This document shows positions 60,558 through 64,000 of a stretch of DNA of 64,000 nucleotides, piece by piece. Both the position numbers and the translations under genes were made by a program. This DNA comes from Smithellaceae bacterium (GTDB taxonomy: Bacteria; Desulfobacterota; Syntrophia; Syntrophales; Smithellaceae): positions 704,001-768,000 of the forward strand of contig CAXXVL010000002.1 in NCBI GenBank assembly GCA_963667845.2, read 5' to 3'. Every line of letters starts with the position of its first letter. Position 1 is the stretch's first letter. Under the pieces are notes generated by a model, which searched no databases, was not told where the DNA came from, and worked only from the letters and a program-made list of their open reading frames with translations.

Positions 60558-61871
60558 TCATTGCTTTTTCACGAAGTGATAGTGGGAACCAAAACGTTCA
60601 AATGCCGCCCGGTCGAGCGTTTCGCGGTGGTCCGGATGAGCGATGCTGATGATCAGCCGGGCCCGCTCCTGCAGGGAGCGTCCGTAAAGGTTCACCGCAC
60701 CGTACTCCGTCACCAGCCAGTGCATATGGGCGCGCGTGGTCACCACGCCCGCACCGGGTAGCAGAATGGGGGCCAGTTTGCTGATACCCTTGTCCGTTAC
60801 CGACGGCATGGCGATAATGGCCTTGCCGCCAGACGAGCGCGACGCGCCGTAAAAGAAATCAATTTGTCCACCAACGCCGGAGTAAAACGTTGTTCCCAGA
60901 GAATCGGCGCAAATCTGTCCTGTCAAATCCACCTGCAGCGCAGAATTAATTGCTGTAACCATCGGATTTCTGGAAATGATAAATGGATCATTGGTATAAC
61001 CGACATCCTTCATCAGCACCTGATCGTTCCGATGCGTGTAATCGTATAATTTCTTTGAACCGAGCAGAAATGTCGCCACCATCTTTCCGCAATCAATCGA
61101 TTTATTCTCGCCGTTGATCACGCCCTTTTCCACAAGCGGAATCACCCCGTCGGCAAACATCTCCGTATGAATCCCCAGGTTTTTGTGGCCACTTAGTTGA
61201 CTGAGCACGGCGTTGGGAATCGCACCGATCCCCATCTGCAGCGTGGCGCCGTCTTCAATAAGCGCTGCACATTGTCTGCCGATAGCAGCCTCCTGGGCAT
61301 CGGGCTTCGCAAAGTGAACGGTTTCCAGGGGTGTGTCATCTTCGACAAACAAATCAATTTTATCAACGGAGATAAGCCCGTCACCAAATGTCCGCGGGAC
61401 ATGCGGGTTAATGACCGCGATCACGGTTTGGGCAACTTCCATGGCGGCAAGTGTCGCATCAACCGACGTTCCCAAGGATACAAGGCCCCGCTCATCCGGC
61501 GGGCAGACCTGGAGCATCACGACATTGCACGGCAGGTAACCTTCCCGGTACAGACGCTGGGTTTCTCCCAGGAAAACCGGAATATAGTCGGCATATCCCT
61601 GCTGGGTGTGCCGGCGGACATTCGGGCCGACAAAAAAAGAATTCAGTTGAAAAATGCCTTCAAATTCGGGGGCGGCGTAAGGCGCCGGACCTTCCGTATG
61701 CAGGTGATGAATATGAACGTCCTGCAATTCGCCCGCGCGTCCGCGCCGGCACATGGCATTCACCAGACACTGCGGGGAACTGGCGACGCTGCTCAGATGG
61801 ACATGATCACCGGATTTGATGACCTTTACCGCTTGATCCGGCGTCACCGTTTTGATTTGATTCATTCCCAT
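60558..61871 (-). CDS. Acetyl-CoA hydrolase/transferase family protein (4-hydroxybutyrate CoA-transferase-like)
   Basis: TLQMGIGAIP, GIHTEM, SGVGGQ.DF, VTEYG. Confidence 0.92.
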   Translation of the reverse strand: MGMNQIKTVTPDQAVKVIKSGDHVHLSSVASSPQCLVNAMCRRGRAGELQDVHIHHLHTEGPAPYAAPEFEGIFQLNSFFVGPNVRRHTQQGYADYIPVFLGETQRLYREGYLPCNVVMLQVCPPDERGLVSLGTSVDATLAAMEVAQTVIAVINPHVPRTFGDGLISVDKIDLFVEDDTPLETVHFAKPDAQEAAIGRQCAALIEDGATLQMGIGAIPNAVLSQLSGHKNLGIHTEMFADGVIPLVEKGVINGENKSIDCGKMVATFLLGSKKLYDYTHRNDQVLMKDVGYTNDPFIISRNPMVTAINSALQVDLTGQICADSLGTTFYSGVGGQIDFFYGASRSSGGKAIIAMPSVTDKGISKLAPILLPGAGVVTTRAHMHWLVTEYGAVNLYGRSLQERARLIISIAHPDHRETLDRAAFERFGSHYHFVKKQ

Positions 61872-62065
61872 GCCGATTATCCTTCATGCAGATTATTATA
61901 AATATCCATCGGTCGATCAACTATCGTGAGGGCCGCAATACAGAGAAATGATGAATCAGGAACTTTAATTTTTGACTGGAGATAGAAGGTGCTGCGGGCA
62001 CCGTCATCTAAGTTTAAAGGCCGAAACCCCCAACCGAGCCTAATTGCTTCAGAATCTGCAACCCG

Positions 62066-62863
62066 TCAGGCTTTTAAAAACTCCCGGATGTCGCAGGACA
62101 ACTGTTGGGCCTTTTCCAGAAGAATTGCATGGCCGCAATTTTCGTAAATAATCATTTTTGCCGCGGGCAGCTCTTGCCGGAAATCAGCGGCAAGCGCAAT
62201 CGGAAAAAGCGGATCGTCCTTGCCTAAAATGATCAGAATAGGCCGGGAAATGTCTTGAGCGCGGTTGTTGCTGTCAAACACAGTGCATGCGCCAAGCTGT
62301 CTCAGGAAGGCATAGAGCGGCTGCAAATTCTTCATCCGCAGGGCAACTGACTGATCCAGAATATCCGGATGTTTTCCCGCAAACCCTGGCGCCGTCATCA
62401 GCGTCATATCTATACGATATACCTGCTCGGGCGGCTTGCCCATGATGGCGGCCGTCGCCTGGTCCCAGAAAGGTTTGCCTAATTTCTGGCAGCGTGGCCC
62501 GCCCATGCCGGTCGCCACGAGAATCAGGCGATCGACGACATCCGGATAAGAAAGAGCAATTTCCTGCGAGATGAATCCCCCCATTGATAAACCCACGACG
62601 TGGGCCTTAGCAATGCCCAACGCTCTGAGCAGCCCGACGGCATCGGAGGCCATGAGCGCAATCGAATATTCTTCATCCGGCTTATCGCTCAGGCCGATGC
62701 CCCGGTTATCCAGCGCAATGACCCGAAAATCTTTGGAGAGCTCACGAATTTGCGCAAACCACAGATCCAGGGGAAACGCCAGTCCATTGATGAGGATGAG
62801 CGGTTCACCCTCGCCCTGTTCTTCGTAATGAATCTTGATCCCGTTCACTGTCTGATACGGCAT
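62066..62863 (-). CDS. Alpha/beta hydrolase (enol-lactonase / depolymerase-like)
   Basis: DNRGIGLS, GLSMGG nucleophile elbow, G..D and GH catalytic residues. Confidence 0.9.
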   Translation of the reverse strand: MPYQTVNGIKIHYEEQGEGEPLILINGLAFPLDLWFAQIRELSKDFRVIALDNRGIGLSDKPDEEYSIALMASDAVGLLRALGIAKAHVVGLSMGGFISQEIALSYPDVVDRLILVATGMGGPRCQKLGKPFWDQATAAIMGKPPEQVYRIDMTLMTAPGFAGKHPDILDQSVALRMKNLQPLYAFLRQLGACTVFDSNNRAQDISRPILIILGKDDPLFPIALAADFRQELPAAKMIIYENCGHAILLEKAQQLSCDIREFLKA

Positions 62864-62893
62864 AAGCAATCTTTCTTTCCCTGGGAATTTTAT

Positions 62894-62922
62894 AAAAAGG
62901 GAACGGCCGCGGCCGTTCCCTT
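62894..62922 (-). terminator. Intrinsic terminator after the thiolase gene
   Basis: Palindrome AAGGGAACGGCCGCGGCCGTTCCCTT, followed by a T-run on the minus strand. Confidence 0.75.
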
Positions 62923-62947
62923 GTGACTGACAACAATGGAAGATTTA

Positions 62948-64000
62948 TTAGATTGCTTCCAGCGCCAACGCCATGCCCTGACCGCCGCCGATGCACAGGG
63001 AAGCCAATCCCAGGCCCACATTGCGGCGCTTCATTTCATTGGCCAACGCCATGACGATGCGCGCCCCGGAGCAGCCAACCGGATGGCCGATGGAAATAGC
63101 CGAGCCGTTGACATTGGTGATATCCCAGGGAATGTTCAATTCACGCAGACAGGCAATCGCCTGAGAGGCAAAGGCTTCATTGAGTTCAAACAGGCCATAA
63201 TCTTTGATGGATGTTCCGGTGATTCTGAGCAGTCTGCGGACTGCCGGAACCGGCCCCAATCCCATGTAAGCCGGATCCACGCCGCCGGAGGCATAGCCTT
63301 TGATCCGCGCCAGCGGCTTTAAACCCAGCTGCTTGGCTTTTTCTTCGCTCATGATGAGAAGGGCTGCTGCCGCATCGTTGATCCCGGAGGCGTTACCGGC
63401 TGTGACCGTGCCATCCTTCTTAAAGGCCGTACCCAGTTTGGCCAGTTTTTCCATACTCGTATCCATCGGACGCTCGTCTGTGTCGAACACGACGGGATTG
63501 CCTTTCTTCTGAGGAATGGTAACCGGAACGATTTCACTCTTCAGGATGCCGCTTTTAATGGCGCTGCGGGCTCTGGTATGACTCTCCAGGCTCAGCTTAT
63601 CCTGTTCTTCACGGGAAATACCGTATCGCGTGGCAATGTTTTCCGCCGTGACGCCCATATGGTAGCCGTAGAAGATTTCATACAGAGCGTCAAACACCAT
63701 CAGGTCGACGGTCTTGCCGAAAGGCATGTCCATCCTGTGTCCCCAGCGCGCTTTGGGTAATCCAATCGGAACGTCGCTCATATTTTCCATACCGCCTGCA
63801 ATAACGACCTCGTTGTCGCCTGCCTTGATGCTGGCAGCGGCAAGCGCGATCGCTTTCATGCCGGACGCACAAACTTTATTGATGGTAAAGGCTGTAGTCT
63901 CTTTGGGAAGACCGGCGCGGATCATAGCCTGGCGGCCGACATTTTGTCCCTGGCCTGCGCCAATGACGTTGCCCATAATGACTTCATCCACGGCGAGTTC
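62948..64000 (-). CDS. Acetyl-CoA acetyltransferase (thiolase), 5' end truncated by the window edge
   Basis: NKVCASG, NEAFA, GHPVGCSG, CIGGGQG motifs. Confidence 0.96.
   Translation of the reverse strand, partial: ELAVDEVIMGNVIGAGQGQNVGRQAMIRAGLPKETTAFTINKVCASGMKAIALAAASIKAGDNEVVIAGGMENMSDVPIGLPKARWGHRMDMPFGKTVDLMVFDALYEIFYGYHMGVTAENIATRYGISREEQDKLSLESHTRARSAIKSGILKSEIVPVTIPQKKGNPVVFDTDERPMDTSMEKLAKLGTAFKKDGTVTAGNASGINDAAAALLIMSEEKAKQLGLKPLARIKGYASGGVDPAYMGLGPVPAVRRLLRITGTSIKDYGLFELNEAFASQAIACLRELNIPWDITNVNGSAISIGHPVGCSGARIVMALANEMKRRNVGLGLASLCIGGGQGMALALEAI

Overview
Gene-dense bacterial chromosomal window. Gene content and order suggest an anaerobic Desulfobacterota genome, probably a Syntrophales/Smithella-like fatty-acid-oxidising syntroph; this is inferred, not confirmed by a search. 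The first ~38 kb is mostly housekeeping: a short S1 paralog, pgi-tkt, lgt, trxB, ftsY-smc, moaA, greA, a split ATP synthase operon (b', b, delta, alpha, gamma, beta, epsilon), bactofilin, mreBCD-mrdA-rodA, a PpiD-like chaperone and three tRNAs. After tRNA-Leu the region is more accessory. It holds an Ig-like/metallophosphoesterase lipoprotein, an MtrA/MtrB-type decaheme cytochrome-porin pair with a divergent beta-propeller gene, and a TPM / nucleotidyltransferase-like / LemA operon. It then carries a B12 radical SAM gene, class II RNR with tandem NrdR boxes, a cluster of small exported repeat proteins, a TetR with a QueG-like reductase, a barnase-barstar pair and acyl-CoA genes. Best leads: (1) the stand-alone MtrAB conduit in an apparent syntroph; (2) a cNMP-binding domain fused to a CPBP intramembrane protease; (3) the LemA-TPM operon with a degenerate pol-beta nucleotidyltransferase; (4) NrdR-type boxes upstream of smc-ftsY. 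No CRISPR array, rRNA, integrase or intact transposase was seen.
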